Shown in pieces: positions 9,341-19,617 of a stretch of DNA of 41,359 bases. Made by a program: the position numbers and the translations under genes. The notes under the pieces are model-generated. The model did not search any database. It had not been told where the DNA came from and saw nothing but the letters and a program-made list of their open reading frames with translations. This stretch comes from Sulfurimonadaceae bacterium (GTDB lineage Bacteria > Campylobacterota > Campylobacteria > Campylobacterales > Sulfurimonadaceae). How positions within the stretch are numbered: position 1 is the first letter of the stretch; each line of letters begins with the position of its first letter. The DNA lies in NCBI GenBank assembly GCA_041548245.1, contig JBFESZ010000006.1, positions 1 through 41,359 on the forward strand. Direction: 5' to 3'.

Positions 9341-12300
9341 TTATTTAGCCCCAAGTTCAAGTTTGGTTGGAATATATTCACTCTCTTTGCCATTCTCATC
9401 AATTTCAACACTTTGCAGAGCTTCCAAACGTTCCGCTTCGATGCCTTTGTCAACAAGAAAAGAAATAATATTCTGTGTTCTCTCTCTTGCCAGTTTTTCA
9501 AGATCTATCTGGGATACTTTTTGATCTTGTATCAACTCGTTCATCATTTCCTTGTGCAGCAAGTCTTTCTTGGAATCCGAGCTTATCTCCTGTGCGTCAA
9601 TCGTCTCTTCTTTGTTTTGCAATTTATCTTTTCCAAAATGGAGTATATACATCTCACTTAAAAGATCATTCAAATCATCCCTGTCCATACTGCTCAAACT
9701 TGTCGAATTATCCTCCAGTTTGATATATGCCTCCTGATGAAACTGTTCTGTTTTCATGGCCAACATGTCACCTTCTTTATCGTAAGTACCTGCAATTTTC
9801 AATATAAGCATCTTTTTGGAAGCCAAAGCTGTTGACAATTTATCAAGCTTTTCACGTTCAGGTGGTAAAAGTTTTGTCCTGCCGACTTCAAACTGAATAT
9901 TTTCAAGTTCTTCAGCACTGATCCCAAGCATGTTACCCAAAAAGTTAAATGGTGCCGTTGCTATTCCCACGATGAGATTTTTAAATGCCGTCCAAACCAC
10001 ATGCCCTATAGCAAAATCTGGTGCATCCACATCTCCACTGACTGGCACATCAAGATCTATCACACCATCACTGTCTTTGAGTAAGGCTATCGCAAGACCA
10101 ACTGGGGCAGAGATTGCGTCCTCGCTTTCAACTTCATCGCCAAGTGTCAGTCGTTTCAATACGACTCTGTTACCGCCTTGCATCTGTGAATGCTCAATCT
10201 TATAATCAAGTTCAACATTCATCTTTCCTTCCTCAAGTTTATAACCTATAAACTTTCCTGTATATGGCGAAAGATTTGTCATATCTATATTTTGGAATTT
10301 AACTGCCATATCTGTGAACTGCTTTGGATTAGAAGAGAGAAGTTCACCCTTGATCTTTGCCAGACCATATTCATCTACGACACCATCTATATCGACACTG
10401 CTTTTAACCTCAGCAACATTTCCTAAACCAATCATATGCCCGTTCAGATCATGTATGTCTGTTTTGAAAGGCAAAGGCAGAGACAGGTCGGAAAACTCTC
10501 CCTTTCCTCCCTTGAAATTAACTTTTCCGATAAAGACAGGAAATCCCTTTTTCTCTTGATCCTTTTGTGTCTGTGATACTTTTGGTTCACGCGGGGCTTC
10601 AGTACTTATCACCAGGTCTGTAATATTAGATGAGCGGTTTTCATCGATCTTCATTCGAGCATAGGGCTCATAGATATCTACAGTAGAAATCTTCATCTGG
10701 TTTGGGTTCAAAGAAAAATCAAGATCTTGGATCAATAGCTTGGAAAAAGCGAAAAAGGTTTTACCCTCACGACGCTCGGACAAGTTAAGATCGCTTATAC
10801 GTGTGTTAGCAAGCAGATGAGTTGATTTTTCTTGAGCTTGTGCTTTGAAATCCAAATCGAGTCTTCCTTTATTGATGTCCATATTGGCATATTTATTCAC
10901 ATAAGGTTGAAAAGAGGCAATGTTCAGATCTTTGAGTCTAAAATCACTATCTACCCTTAAAGGAGTATGACGGATTTTGCTCTGCATGAGCAGCTCTCCT
11001 GTTTTGTTTACCCTAAGTGCCACTTTGCTCTTCGCCCAGCTCCCCTTTGAAGAGTGCAGGTTGGTAAGTTCTGCATTTACCCTATCGAGCTGAACCAATC
11101 CATCAATAGCATTGAACTGGTCTTTGAAATCAACTTTGGCATTGTTAAGTGTGAAGCTTTGTACTTTCCAATCCAAGGCCATAGCTTCACCCTCTTTTGC
11201 ATGTTCTTGACTGGTCTTTTTTTGTGTTTTAGGAACAAGCCTTGTAAAATTAAGCCTACCCTCTTTATCCATCAGCGCATCTATACTCAAACCGTTAAGA
11301 TTGACCTGTTCTAAGTCTAGATCCAGCTTTTCGCTCTTGCTCAACTTTCCATCGACAGTAAAGGTTTTAAATTGCAACCACTTCTCTTCTGCTGCCATTG
11401 GGAACAGTGAAAACTGTGATACATTAGTATCAAAGTGGTTCACATTTATATTCTCCTCATGCATGGTAATTCCATCCATCCCAAAACCAAGATGCTCTAT
11501 ATTGACTGCAAACGGCTCTTGTGCAAAGTTCTCTTCGTAAATAAGCTGATCCGTATGAATACCTACAGTGGCGACATGGACGTTCCATGGGTTTTTCTCT
11601 TCTGCATTTTTGCTCTTTTCTATAGGTTCAGCCGCAGGAAAGTAGGTAGACCAATTAATAATACCCGCCTTGTCACGAATTACCTTCATAAAGAATCCAT
11701 CAACATTGAAGTCTTTAATATTAATCTGTTTAGATGCAATATCCGCATCGCCGTTGAGACTCAACAACGGTACCTTCAATACATTCTCTTTTGTCACAAT
11801 ATCTTGCAGACGCAGTTTATCGATTTCAAGATGATATTGATTAATATTCAACTGCATTGGATCTGCCGAAAGATCTGCTGTATATTCCAGCGAAGCATCG
11901 AGCGCCCCATCTGCAACAACAAAGCCTAAGGAGTCCCTAAAATATTTCCACTGGGTATAAAGTCTACCCGAATGCAGTTCCAGAGCACCTTCCATACGAA
12001 GCGGTTCAAGTGAGTTTATCTTCCCTCTATAGTCGATATAGGCACCATCATCAACCTCTATATGAAGTGAAAGCTGGTTATCACGTCCCTTTTTTGTTGA
12101 AAAATCACGTAATCTAAAATCGATTGGTGTTAATGATGCTTCAAAAGGCTCGGAACCCGATTCATCAATAAAATTCACATTTCCGTTGACAATAGATAGC
12201 TTTGTAACAATAACCTCTGGCAGCTCAACCGTTGAACTACTTTCATCTTTTTCGGTGTTTTTCTCTTCTGATACTAGTAAATCTGCAAAGTTGAATTGAC

Positions 12301-12646
12301 AATTCTGGTTCTTATGAATAGTTACAAAAGGTCTTGTTATCTCAATAAACTTGACATCTATATTGCCAAAAACAAGATTGAAAGGGTCAACATTGACATC
12401 TAAATCAGTAAAGCCCGCCAATGGATGTTTAGCATTCTTGCCGTGTATAATCATTTCGTTGATATTAAGTTCAAATGTATACGGGTTCAATGAGACAGCA
12501 TGAAGGTCTACTTTTCGTTTTAATACTTGTTCTGCATTTTGAACTATCTGATTCTTTATAATACCGGGTAAAATAAAAAACCCGACGATTCCATAAATAA
12601 AAAACAGTGCTAATATAATCTTTAGCCAGAGTCTCTTTTTAAACAT
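9341..12646 (-). CDS. DUF748 domain protein (AsmA-like, N-terminal TM anchor, degenerate OmpA-like C-terminus)
   Basis: N-terminal TM segment; repeated DUF748-like segments; PYTGKFIGY and PVGLAIALLKDSDGVIDLDVPVSGDVDAPDF; RBS AGAAGGA before ATG 12646. Confidence 0.85.
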   Translation of the reverse strand: MFKKRLWLKIILALFFIYGIVGFFILPGIIKNQIVQNAEQVLKRKVDLHAVSLNPYTFELNINEMIIHGKNAKHPLAGFTDLDVNVDPFNLVFGNIDVKFIEITRPFVTIHKNQNCQFNFADLLVSEEKNTEKDESSSTVELPEVIVTKLSIVNGNVNFIDESGSEPFEASLTPIDFRLRDFSTKKGRDNQLSLHIEVDDGAYIDYRGKINSLEPLRMEGALELHSGRLYTQWKYFRDSLGFVVADGALDASLEYTADLSADPMQLNINQYHLEIDKLRLQDIVTKENVLKVPLLSLNGDADIASKQINIKDFNVDGFFMKVIRDKAGIINWSTYFPAAEPIEKSKNAEEKNPWNVHVATVGIHTDQLIYEENFAQEPFAVNIEHLGFGMDGITMHEENINVNHFDTNVSQFSLFPMAAEEKWLQFKTFTVDGKLSKSEKLDLDLEQVNLNGLSIDALMDKEGRLNFTRLVPKTQKKTSQEHAKEGEAMALDWKVQSFTLNNAKVDFKDQFNAIDGLVQLDRVNAELTNLHSSKGSWAKSKVALRVNKTGELLMQSKIRHTPLRVDSDFRLKDLNIASFQPYVNKYANMDINKGRLDLDFKAQAQEKSTHLLANTRISDLNLSERREGKTFFAFSKLLIQDLDFSLNPNQMKISTVDIYEPYARMKIDENRSSNITDLVISTEAPREPKVSQTQKDQEKKGFPVFIGKVNFKGGKGEFSDLSLPLPFKTDIHDLNGHMIGLGNVAEVKSSVDIDGVVDEYGLAKIKGELLSSNPKQFTDMAVKFQNIDMTNLSPYTGKFIGYKLEEGKMNVELDYKIEHSQMQGGNRVVLKRLTLGDEVESEDAISAPVGLAIALLKDSDGVIDLDVPVSGDVDAPDFAIGHVVWTAFKNLIVGIATAPFNFLGNMLGISAEELENIQFEVGRTKLLPPEREKLDKLSTALASKKMLILKIAGTYDKEGDMLAMKTEQFHQEAYIKLEDNSTSLSSMDRDDLNDLLSEMYILHFGKDKLQNKEETIDAQEISSDSKKDLLHKEMMNELIQDQKVSQIDLEKLARERTQNIISFLVDKGIEAERLEALQSVEIDENGKESEYIPTKLELGAK

Positions 12647-12828
12647 CAATTGTCCTTCTTAGGCATACTTGTTCTATTGTAACAAATCTTTAATTGAATT
12701 TTATCGTTATGTTTACACTTAATCGTGACTTGCGCGGGGTGTTTTAAACTTCGTAGTAATATTCATTAATATGAGGGAGTATAGCTTCATCCGCATCAAT
12801 GCCGGCAATGGCATCAATGATTACGAGC

Positions 12829-14859
12829 TTACATTACAAAGACGGTTGGAACGATAAGAGGATATTTCTTCATCTTACGGTAGATGTGTTTACGGACGAC
12901 TTGACGAAGATCATTTTCTAGTGCTCTTTGGTTCTCGATAAGCCCAGGCTTCAAGTTAAGCAAGAAGTGCTCAAGTACATCTTCCATCTCTTTTGAGAAC
13001 GCTTTGTCATTCTTATCCGCAACTAGACCGAATGATGTCACACGCGGTTTAGAGATAAGAGCTGAGTCTGTCTCATTCACTTGAGCGACGATCATTACAA
13101 TACCCTCGCTTGCAAGTTTTTGTCTGTCAATAACGATGTCATCAGCAATCTGGTGGTTGTTCTGGTTATCAATATATGTCTTACCGGATTTGACCTTTTT
13201 GACCTTGCGCATATACTTAGGGCTGACTTCAATAGTCTCGCCATCACCCATAATAAGGATATTACGCTCAGGAACACCACACTGCATACCTGTCTCTCTG
13301 TGCTTCATCGTATGATTAAACTCACCATGAATAGGCAAGAAGAACTTAGGGTTTGTTAAACGCAACATAAGCTTTTGCTCTTCTTGTGCTGCATGCCCTG
13401 AAACGTGAATATCTCTAGCCTGCTCGACTCTTGCACCGGCGCGCTGAAGATGATTAAGCATACCTGAGATAGAGCCTTCATTACCTGGAATCGCACGTGA
13501 AGAGAGTACGATCGTGTCTGTCGGTTTGATTTTAATATGTCTGTGTTCGCCCGTTGCCATTCTAAACAATGCTGAACTTGGCTCACCTTGTGAACCAGTT
13601 GTAATGATCATTACCTGTTTGTCTTCCATACGGCTCACATCATCGGGATCAACAAAAATCTTCTTGTCAAAGCGGATATAGTCATAAGCCATAGCGACCT
13701 CAAGGTTTCTCTCCATTGAGCGACCAATGACACAGATCTTTCTACCATACTTTTGAGCATAGGCGATTGCCTGCTGCAAACGGTGAATATTTGAACTGAA
13801 GGTCGAAAGGATAACACGCCCTTCTGCTTTAGCGAAGAGTCTGTCAAGCCCTGGAGCCACAGAGAGCTCAGATGGCGTTGCTCCGCTATTATACGAGTTA
13901 GTCGAGTCAGAAAGCAGACATAAAACACCCTTTTCACCATAGTGTGCAAGACGGTGAAGATCTGTAGGATAGCCGTCAACTGGCGTATGGTCGATCTTAA
14001 AGTCACCCGTATGAATGACTGTCCCGGCAGCAGTCGTAATCGCCAATGATGATGAGTCAATAATCGAGTGTGTCATATGCATCCACTCGATCTCGAAATC
14101 ATTACCAATTTTATAGACCTTACGTTTTTCAATAGGGCGGAAATATGACTTGTGCTGTTTGATATGGTGTTCATCAAACTTATTTGCAATCATAGCCAGT
14201 GGAAATGCTGTTCCGTAAATTGGATACTGCATCTCTTTAAAGAAATACGGTACTGCACCAATATGGTCTTCATGGGCATGGGTGATCAATACTGCAACGA
14301 TCTTGTCTTTAATCTCGCGAATATAAGAAAAGTCCGGAACCAGGATATCGACACCATGCATCTCTTCATCCGGAAATGACATCCCGATATCAACAAGGAT
14401 AGCCTCATTTTCTGTTTCGATGACTGTTATATTTCCACCGATCTCATTCAGACCGCCAAGCGGTGTAATACGCACCTTTGCTTTTGTGTTAAGATCAAGC
14501 TTATGATGAGGGTTAAGACGTTCTTTGTGAACCTCTTGATTTCGTACAACACACTCTTTAAGCGCCTTGTCTGATTGTACACCGCCCGGATTGAACCCGC
14601 GACGGAAACGATTTTTATTACCACTGCCACCTTGTTGGCGATTTGTGCTATTACGATTCGTACCTTGACGATTTCCACCCTGCTTTTCAGTCGGTGCTTT
14701 ATTCCCATCGACTTCTTTAGGCTGGACATTTCCATCGACCTGTTCTTCTTTAGGTTTTCGATTCCCATGAGGACGACGATTTCTATTTCCTTGCGGGCGT
14801 CTGTTTCTATTTTCGTTTTGTGGGCGACTCTGTGTCGCGCTTATGTTTTGTTCTTCCAT
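12829..14859 (-). CDS. rnj: Ribonuclease J with ~125-aa N-terminal extension
   Basis: PLGGLNEIG, THAHEDHIG, HTGDFK, HVSGHA and PIHGE metallo-beta-lactamase/beta-CASP motifs. Confidence 0.96.
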   Translation of the reverse strand: MEEQNISATQSRPQNENRNRRPQGNRNRRPHGNRKPKEEQVDGNVQPKEVDGNKAPTEKQGGNRQGTNRNSTNRQQGGSGNKNRFRRGFNPGGVQSDKALKECVVRNQEVHKERLNPHHKLDLNTKAKVRITPLGGLNEIGGNITVIETENEAILVDIGMSFPDEEMHGVDILVPDFSYIREIKDKIVAVLITHAHEDHIGAVPYFFKEMQYPIYGTAFPLAMIANKFDEHHIKQHKSYFRPIEKRKVYKIGNDFEIEWMHMTHSIIDSSSLAITTAAGTVIHTGDFKIDHTPVDGYPTDLHRLAHYGEKGVLCLLSDSTNSYNSGATPSELSVAPGLDRLFAKAEGRVILSTFSSNIHRLQQAIAYAQKYGRKICVIGRSMERNLEVAMAYDYIRFDKKIFVDPDDVSRMEDKQVMIITTGSQGEPSSALFRMATGEHRHIKIKPTDTIVLSSRAIPGNEGSISGMLNHLQRAGARVEQARDIHVSGHAAQEEQKLMLRLTNPKFFLPIHGEFNHTMKHRETGMQCGVPERNILIMGDGETIEVSPKYMRKVKKVKSGKTYIDNQNNHQIADDIVIDRQKLASEGIVMIVAQVNETDSALISKPRVTSFGLVADKNDKAFSKEMEDVLEHFLLNLKPGLIENQRALENDLRQVVRKHIYRKMKKYPLIVPTVFVM

Positions 14860-15643
14860 CCAAACTCCTTGGTAGTATCTTATAGAGTTGGTGATAATTA
14901 GCCGTTGATGTTTGATGCGGACGAATTGTGGGAATCAAGCTCATAGATTCCATAGCATTAATGACTTCTTCTTTATTATATACGGCCGAAAGATTTTTGA
15001 GCAGAGTTTTGCGTGGCTGAGCAAAGGCCACACGCAACATATCTTCCAGTCCCGTGTCTGTACTGCGACTTTCACGTTTAACGATCTTCAACACAGCCGA
15101 ATGAATCTTCGGTGGCGGGTTAAACGCTTCTGGCGGTACTTCAATAACAATGCTGGCATGCCCTACCGTCTGGGTTATGACGGAGAGTGCACCAAAGTCT
15201 TTATCGCCAGGTTGAGCAGAAAACTTCTCTGCCACCTCGCGCTGAACCATAACGAGTAAAGAGTCACAATGAGGATCGGCTAATGCTTTTAAAATAATAT
15301 TTGTTGCAATATAATAGGGCAGATTTGCCACCAGATCATATTGTCTGTCTAATAAATTAACCTTCCAGCCTTCAAGTACATCGCCGCAGCGAAGCTCAAA
15401 TCTGCCGGTATTCATCTCTTCTTTAAACTCTTCGTTAAGGAGCTTACACAAATCGGTGTCCACTTCAAAAGCAATCACGCTTTTGACGTTTACTAAATGT
15501 TTAGTCAAATCACCTAAGCCAGGCCCAATTTCGGCAATAATGTTTCCGTTATGGGGCATCGCTTCGACAATTCTTCTGACAACACTTTCATCGATAAGAA
15601 AGTTCTGTCCAAACTTCTTTTTAGCAACAACATCTTTTTTCAT
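14807..15643 (-). CDS. rsmA: 16S rRNA (adenine-N6)-dimethyltransferase RsmA/KsgA
   Basis: KKKFGQNFL, EIGPGLG, ANLPYYI and MVQREVA motifs; overlaps the rnj start by 53 nt. Confidence 0.96.
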   Translation of the reverse strand: MKKDVVAKKKFGQNFLIDESVVRRIVEAMPHNGNIIAEIGPGLGDLTKHLVNVKSVIAFEVDTDLCKLLNEEFKEEMNTGRFELRCGDVLEGWKVNLLDRQYDLVANLPYYIATNIILKALADPHCDSLLVMVQREVAEKFSAQPGDKDFGALSVITQTVGHASIVIEVPPEAFNPPPKIHSAVLKIVKRESRSTDTGLEDMLRVAFAQPRKTLLKNLSAVYNKEEVINAMESMSLIPTIRPHQTSTANYHQLYKILPRSLDGRTKHKRDTESPTKRK

Positions 15644-15786
15644 AGAGTAAAAGGATAGCTAAAAAGCGCTTAGATAAGCATTTAATCTCTAAAGTTTATC
15701 TTATTAGCCTTAAATTTAACATATTAAATAATAAGTTTTAATAAAAGACGCCAAAAACTACACATTAAAGATATAAAATGCCGCTG

Positions 15787-16248
15787 TTATGTATCTAGAT
15801 TATTTTTGTCACTTTTTTTCGGCAGAACATACGCTTTACAATCTTTCGGTTTTTCTATATAGAACCTGTCTGTTCTAAAATCATCATGTTCTTCATTGTA
15901 ATATATCTTATATAGATATTTTGCTCTGTATGAACCGTCAAAACGTTCATCAATAACAATGACTTTGTCATCAGAAAAAAGCTCAAACGTCAACCTCTTT
16001 TCTTTATTCTCAATAATTATCTTGTCCGTATTTGGCATATAGAGCTCTTCTGCTGTGAAAAAATCTTTGGGGTATGAAGCACAATAGTATTTTAGGTCTG
16101 CCGTATACGAGCTGAGTATTGTTCTTAAATTAAATCGCTCATAAAACTCATACGGATAAATAAGAAAAGGAGGTTTGATGCCCGGTTTTTTATCTGAACA
16201 CGAATTTAACAGAAACAATAAAACAAAGGATAAAAAAACTACTCTCAT
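15787..16248 (-). CDS. Hypothetical lipoprotein
   Basis: Hydrophobic N-terminus with lipobox-like LNSC; GGA RBS. Confidence 0.7.
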   Translation of the reverse strand: MRVVFLSFVLLFLLNSCSDKKPGIKPPFLIYPYEFYERFNLRTILSSYTADLKYYCASYPKDFFTAEELYMPNTDKIIIENKEKRLTFELFSDDKVIVIDERFDGSYRAKYLYKIYYNEEHDDFRTDRFYIEKPKDCKAYVLPKKSDKNNLDT

Positions 16249-16289
16249 TCCAGGATTATAACATTAATAGTGCTATTCCTTTTTAGCTA

Positions 16290-16658
16290 TCAATACGTAT
16301 CGGGAACGAATAGTAGATACTTTCTGTCTGCAAAAGATTCTCCAAATCCCATCAGTGGACTGTTGATCCTTTTGTCTTCTTTGGAGTAAGATACACAGAC
16401 TTCATACATCATTTCCTTATTCGACAAAGCATTCAAAATCCTTAAAAAATCCCCGATCTTCATCGTCTTCTCTTTTCCCAAAAACAAAAAAAGCTTTTGC
16501 TCGTATTCATCAAGCTTAAGATGGCTTATCCCACTTTGCCATGCAGGTAAAAACTCGCCTTCAACCTGCTCTTTTAGACCCATGGCAGAGAGTGCAAACT
16601 CTTCATCATTATTGATCGCCATGCGAATATCTTCAATTAAATCTATTATTAGTTTCAT
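16290..16658 (-). CDS. Hypothetical protein
   Basis: 122-aa ORF with normal composition filling the gap; no motif recognised. Confidence 0.65.
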   Translation of the reverse strand: MKLIIDLIEDIRMAINNDEEFALSAMGLKEQVEGEFLPAWQSGISHLKLDEYEQKLFLFLGKEKTMKIGDFLRILNALSNKEMMYEVCVSYSKEDKRINSPLMGFGESFADRKYLLFVPDTY

Positions 16659-16688
16659 GATGAAATTATAACCTGCCTATTGTAATGA

Positions 16689-16976
16689 ATGAAAAAATTA
16701 TATAATTTGCTTATGAAGCATTCCGATTTTCATATCAAAATCATACAACTTGATAACGGTGCCTATGATGTGATAGCCTATAAAAAGCGGTACCTTCTTC
16801 GTAAAGAGACCCCGCTCAACGGAAAGCTCATCAAGCTCTATGCGCAGGAACTTGGTGGAAATGACTTTATCTCTTTGAACCAATATCCATATCTTCAAGA
16901 TGGGCTGCTTAAGCCTTGTGAAATGCCCCAAGAAAAAGTTATACAGTTCGTACTGGAACTTGCACCTAATAGATAG
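16689..16976 (+). CDS. Small conserved protein of the KLYAxELGGxDFISLN/LKPCEMP type (start may be ATG 16713)
   Basis: Motifs KLYAQELGGNDFISLN and LKPCEMPQEKV resemble, from memory, a small family often auto-labelled 'peptide methionine sulfoxide reductase'. No MsrA GCFWG motif is present. Confidence 0.7.
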   Translation: MKKLYNLLMKHSDFHIKIIQLDNGAYDVIAYKKRYLLRKETPLNGKLIKLYAQELGGNDFISLNQYPYLQDGLLKPCEMPQEKVIQFVLELAPNR

Positions 16977-17149
16977 TTTTGTTCATGTTAAAGCCTGTCA
17001 TCAGATATATCCCAAAGAAATCTTTATATCATTTTCACACTAGCAAGTATCGCTGAGGCGATTATTAAAGAATAAGACTCACAACCTCATCATAAGCCAA
17101 GCATGAGTATAATACCACTATTAAAATTCTGATTATAAAGAAGAGAAGA

Positions 17150-17908
17150 ATGGACTATTTCGCAAAACGTATCATTCCCTGCCTTGACGTCAAAGATGGA
17201 CGGGTAGTAAAAGGGGTAAACTTTGTTGGACTAAAAGATGCAGGAGACCCGGTCGAAGTGGCTAAACGATATAATGAAGAGGGTGCAGATGAGCTTACCT
17301 TTTTAGATATTACCGCATCAAGTGATAACCGCGATACCATCGTAGACATTGTTGAAAAAGTTGCGAAGGAAGTATTCATTCCTCTTACTGTCGGGGGAGG
17401 AATCCGAAAGCTTGAAGATATCTACAAACTCCTAAATGTCGGATGCGACAAAGTCAGCCTTAATTCTGCTGCCATCAAACGTCCCGAACTCATCAATGAG
17501 GGAGCGAAACGTTTTGGAGCACAATGTATTGTCGTTGCGATTGATGTGAAAAGGACAGCTGGTCAATACAATGTATACCTTAATGGTGGGCGCGTTGATA
17601 CAGGTATCAATGCGGTTGAATGGGCTCAAGAGGCTGTAGATCGGGGGGCAGGCGAAATACTTTTGACATCAATGGATGCAGATGGCACAAAAGCGGGCTT
17701 TGACATTCCTATTACCGAGCAGATCAGCTCACTGGTCAATGTCCCGGTCATTGCGAGTGGAGGGGCAGGGACTATGGAGCACATTAAAGAGGCTTTCGAG
17801 CACGGTGCGGATGCTGCCCTTGCCGCTTCAATCTTTCACTATAAAGAGATCGACATCATGGATCTGAAGCATTATCTTCATGATCAAAATATCCCGGTAA
17901 GGCTATAA
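17150..17908 (+). CDS. hisF: Imidazole glycerol phosphate synthase cyclase subunit
   Basis: [34 protein letters not shown] and IASGGAG motifs. Confidence 0.97.
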   Translation: MDYFAKRIIPCLDVKDGRVVKGVNFVGLKDAGDPVEVAKRYNEEGADELTFLDITASSDNRDTIVDIVEKVAKEVFIPLTVGGGIRKLEDIYKLLNVGCDKVSLNSAAIKRPELINEGAKRFGAQCIVVAIDVKRTAGQYNVYLNGGRVDTGINAVEWAQEAVDRGAGEILLTSMDADGTKAGFDIPITEQISSLVNVPVIASGGAGTMEHIKEAFEHGADAALAASIFHYKEIDIMDLKHYLHDQNIPVRL

Positions 17909-17909
17909 G

Positions 17910-18449
17910 ATGATTATCTGTGCTGGTAATAATGAGACTTTTGACTTTGCAACACCTATGGGTGTAGGGCTGGTAGAAACGGCTATGAACCTGACGCGAT
18001 TATGCCTCTTTGACAAACCTGAGTTTCTACTCTTTGTAGGCTCGGCAGGTTCTTATGGAAAACACCAGATATTTGATATCATTGAGTCAAAAACAGCTGC
18101 TAACATCGAGTTAGCATTTTTACAAAACAAAGCCTATACGCCTTTGGATAATGTTGTCACCACTAACACTGAAGGCAAAAAAGATATTGTCGTCAACAGC
18201 TCAAACTATATCTCAACTGATTTAGAACTTACAAGGAACTTCCTCAAATTTGGAGTAGAGATAGAGAATATGGAGTTCTTTTCGGTACTTAGAATCGCAC
18301 AGGAGTTCAACATCCCAGCCGGTGGTGTTTTTTGCGTAACAAACTTTACCAATGAAAATGCGCACGCAGATTTTTTGGCCAACCATGCCAAGGCAAAAGA
18401 GTTGCTGAGCGAACATGTCAAAAGACGCATCAAAGAACTGACTTCATGA
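17910..18449 (+). CDS. Purine nucleoside phosphorylase-like protein (PNP_UDP_1 family)
   Basis: [11 protein letters not shown] and ENMEF motifs; sits directly upstream of rlmN as in other Campylobacterota. Confidence 0.8.
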   Translation: MIICAGNNETFDFATPMGVGLVETAMNLTRLCLFDKPEFLLFVGSAGSYGKHQIFDIIESKTAANIELAFLQNKAYTPLDNVVTTNTEGKKDIVVNSSNYISTDLELTRNFLKFGVEIENMEFFSVLRIAQEFNIPAGGVFCVTNFTNENAHADFLANHAKAKELLSEHVKRRIKELTS

Positions 18450-19513
18450 AACAGACAATATTAGACTTTACAAAAGAGGAACTGGCCAAAGTCATCAAAC
18501 CGGCTTTTCGCGCCAAACAGATATATAGCTGGATCTATCACAATTATGTCAAAAGCTTTGACGAGATGCAAAACATCCCAAAAGCAATGCGCCAGGAACT
18601 GGATGAAAAATATACATTAATGCCCCTTGAGATCGTCAAAAAAGAGAAAAGTGATGACGGAACGATCAAATATCTTTTTTCCCTTCCTGATGGAAAAACG
18701 ATCGAAGCTGTTTTACTACTGATGAAACCTGAAGAGCTAGGAGATGATGGCGAAATCACCGCTGAGGCCAAATATACCGTTTGTGTCTCAACACAAGTTG
18801 GCTGCAAAGTAGGGTGTACATTTTGTCTCACTGCAAAAGGCGGTTTTACACGTGACCTTACTCCCGGTGAAATAGTCGCTCAGGTTCTTGCCATCAAGAT
18901 CGACAATAACATCCCGGCAGCGAAACGGATGAATATTGTCTATATGGGTATGGGTGAACCTCTGGACAATCTGGACAACCTGGCAACAGCTATCAAAATT
19001 TTCAAAGAAGAAGACGGTTTGGCTATATCTGCCAAACGACAAACAGTCTCGACCAGCGGTCTAAGCACAAAGATCGACAAACTTGGTCAGATGGATTTGG
19101 GTGTGCATATAGCTATCTCTTTACATGCCGTAGATGATGAGTTAAGGACAGAGCTTATCCCTATGAATAAGGCCCATAACATCAATTCGATCATAGAAGC
19201 CGTTAAACGCTTCCCTATTGACACTAGAAAACGTGTGATGTTTGAATACCTTGTAATCAAAGACAAAAACGATGATATCGCTTCAGCCAAAAAACTGGTC
19301 AAACTATTGAGCGGTATAAAAGCCAAAGTCAATCTGATCTACTTTAACCCATATCCAGGTACTCCTTATGAACGGCCAAGTACCAGTTCAATGATAAAGT
19401 TTCAAGACTATCTTATGAAACACGGATTGCTATGTACTATCCGCCAGTCCAAGGGTATTGATATATCAGCCGCCTGTGGACAGCTCAAAGAGAAAGAGAA
19501 AGGAGAATTTTAA
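18446..19513 (+). CDS. rlmN: 23S rRNA (adenine2503-C2)-methyltransferase RlmN
   Basis: [15 protein letters not shown] radical-SAM motif, [20 protein letters not shown]. Confidence 0.97.
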   Translation: MKQTILDFTKEELAKVIKPAFRAKQIYSWIYHNYVKSFDEMQNIPKAMRQELDEKYTLMPLEIVKKEKSDDGTIKYLFSLPDGKTIEAVLLLMKPEELGDDGEITAEAKYTVCVSTQVGCKVGCTFCLTAKGGFTRDLTPGEIVAQVLAIKIDNNIPAAKRMNIVYMGMGEPLDNLDNLATAIKIFKEEDGLAISAKRQTVSTSGLSTKIDKLGQMDLGVHIAISLHAVDDELRTELIPMNKAHNINSIIEAVKRFPIDTRKRVMFEYLVIKDKNDDIASAKKLVKLLSGIKAKVNLIYFNPYPGTPYERPSTSSMIKFQDYLMKHGLLCTIRQSKGIDISAACGQLKEKEKGEF

Positions 19514-19617
19514 TGCTAGCAACAGACCTGTTTCAAATCATTTTTATAAGTATTGTCGTCGTTGTCGGAATAGGGGGGATGATTATCGTCGTACGCTCAA
19601 AGGACAACGAAGACTAG
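19513..19617 (+). CDS. Unannotated 34-aa single-pass membrane protein ([34 protein letters not shown])
   Basis: TAATG stop/start overlap with rlmN, AAGGAG RBS, ~22-residue hydrophobic stretch followed by RSK. Confidence 0.8.
   Translation: MLATDLFQIIFISIVVVVGIGGMIIVVRSKDNED

Noticed and set aside
14807-14859. 53-nt rsmA/rnj overlap as a possible frameshift or fusion
   Set aside because: Both genes are complete and rnj has its own AAGGAG RBS; this is an ordinary operon overlap.
19573-19578. G6 tract as a phase-variation site
   Set aside because: Too short; Campylobacterota contingency tracts are usually G8 or longer.
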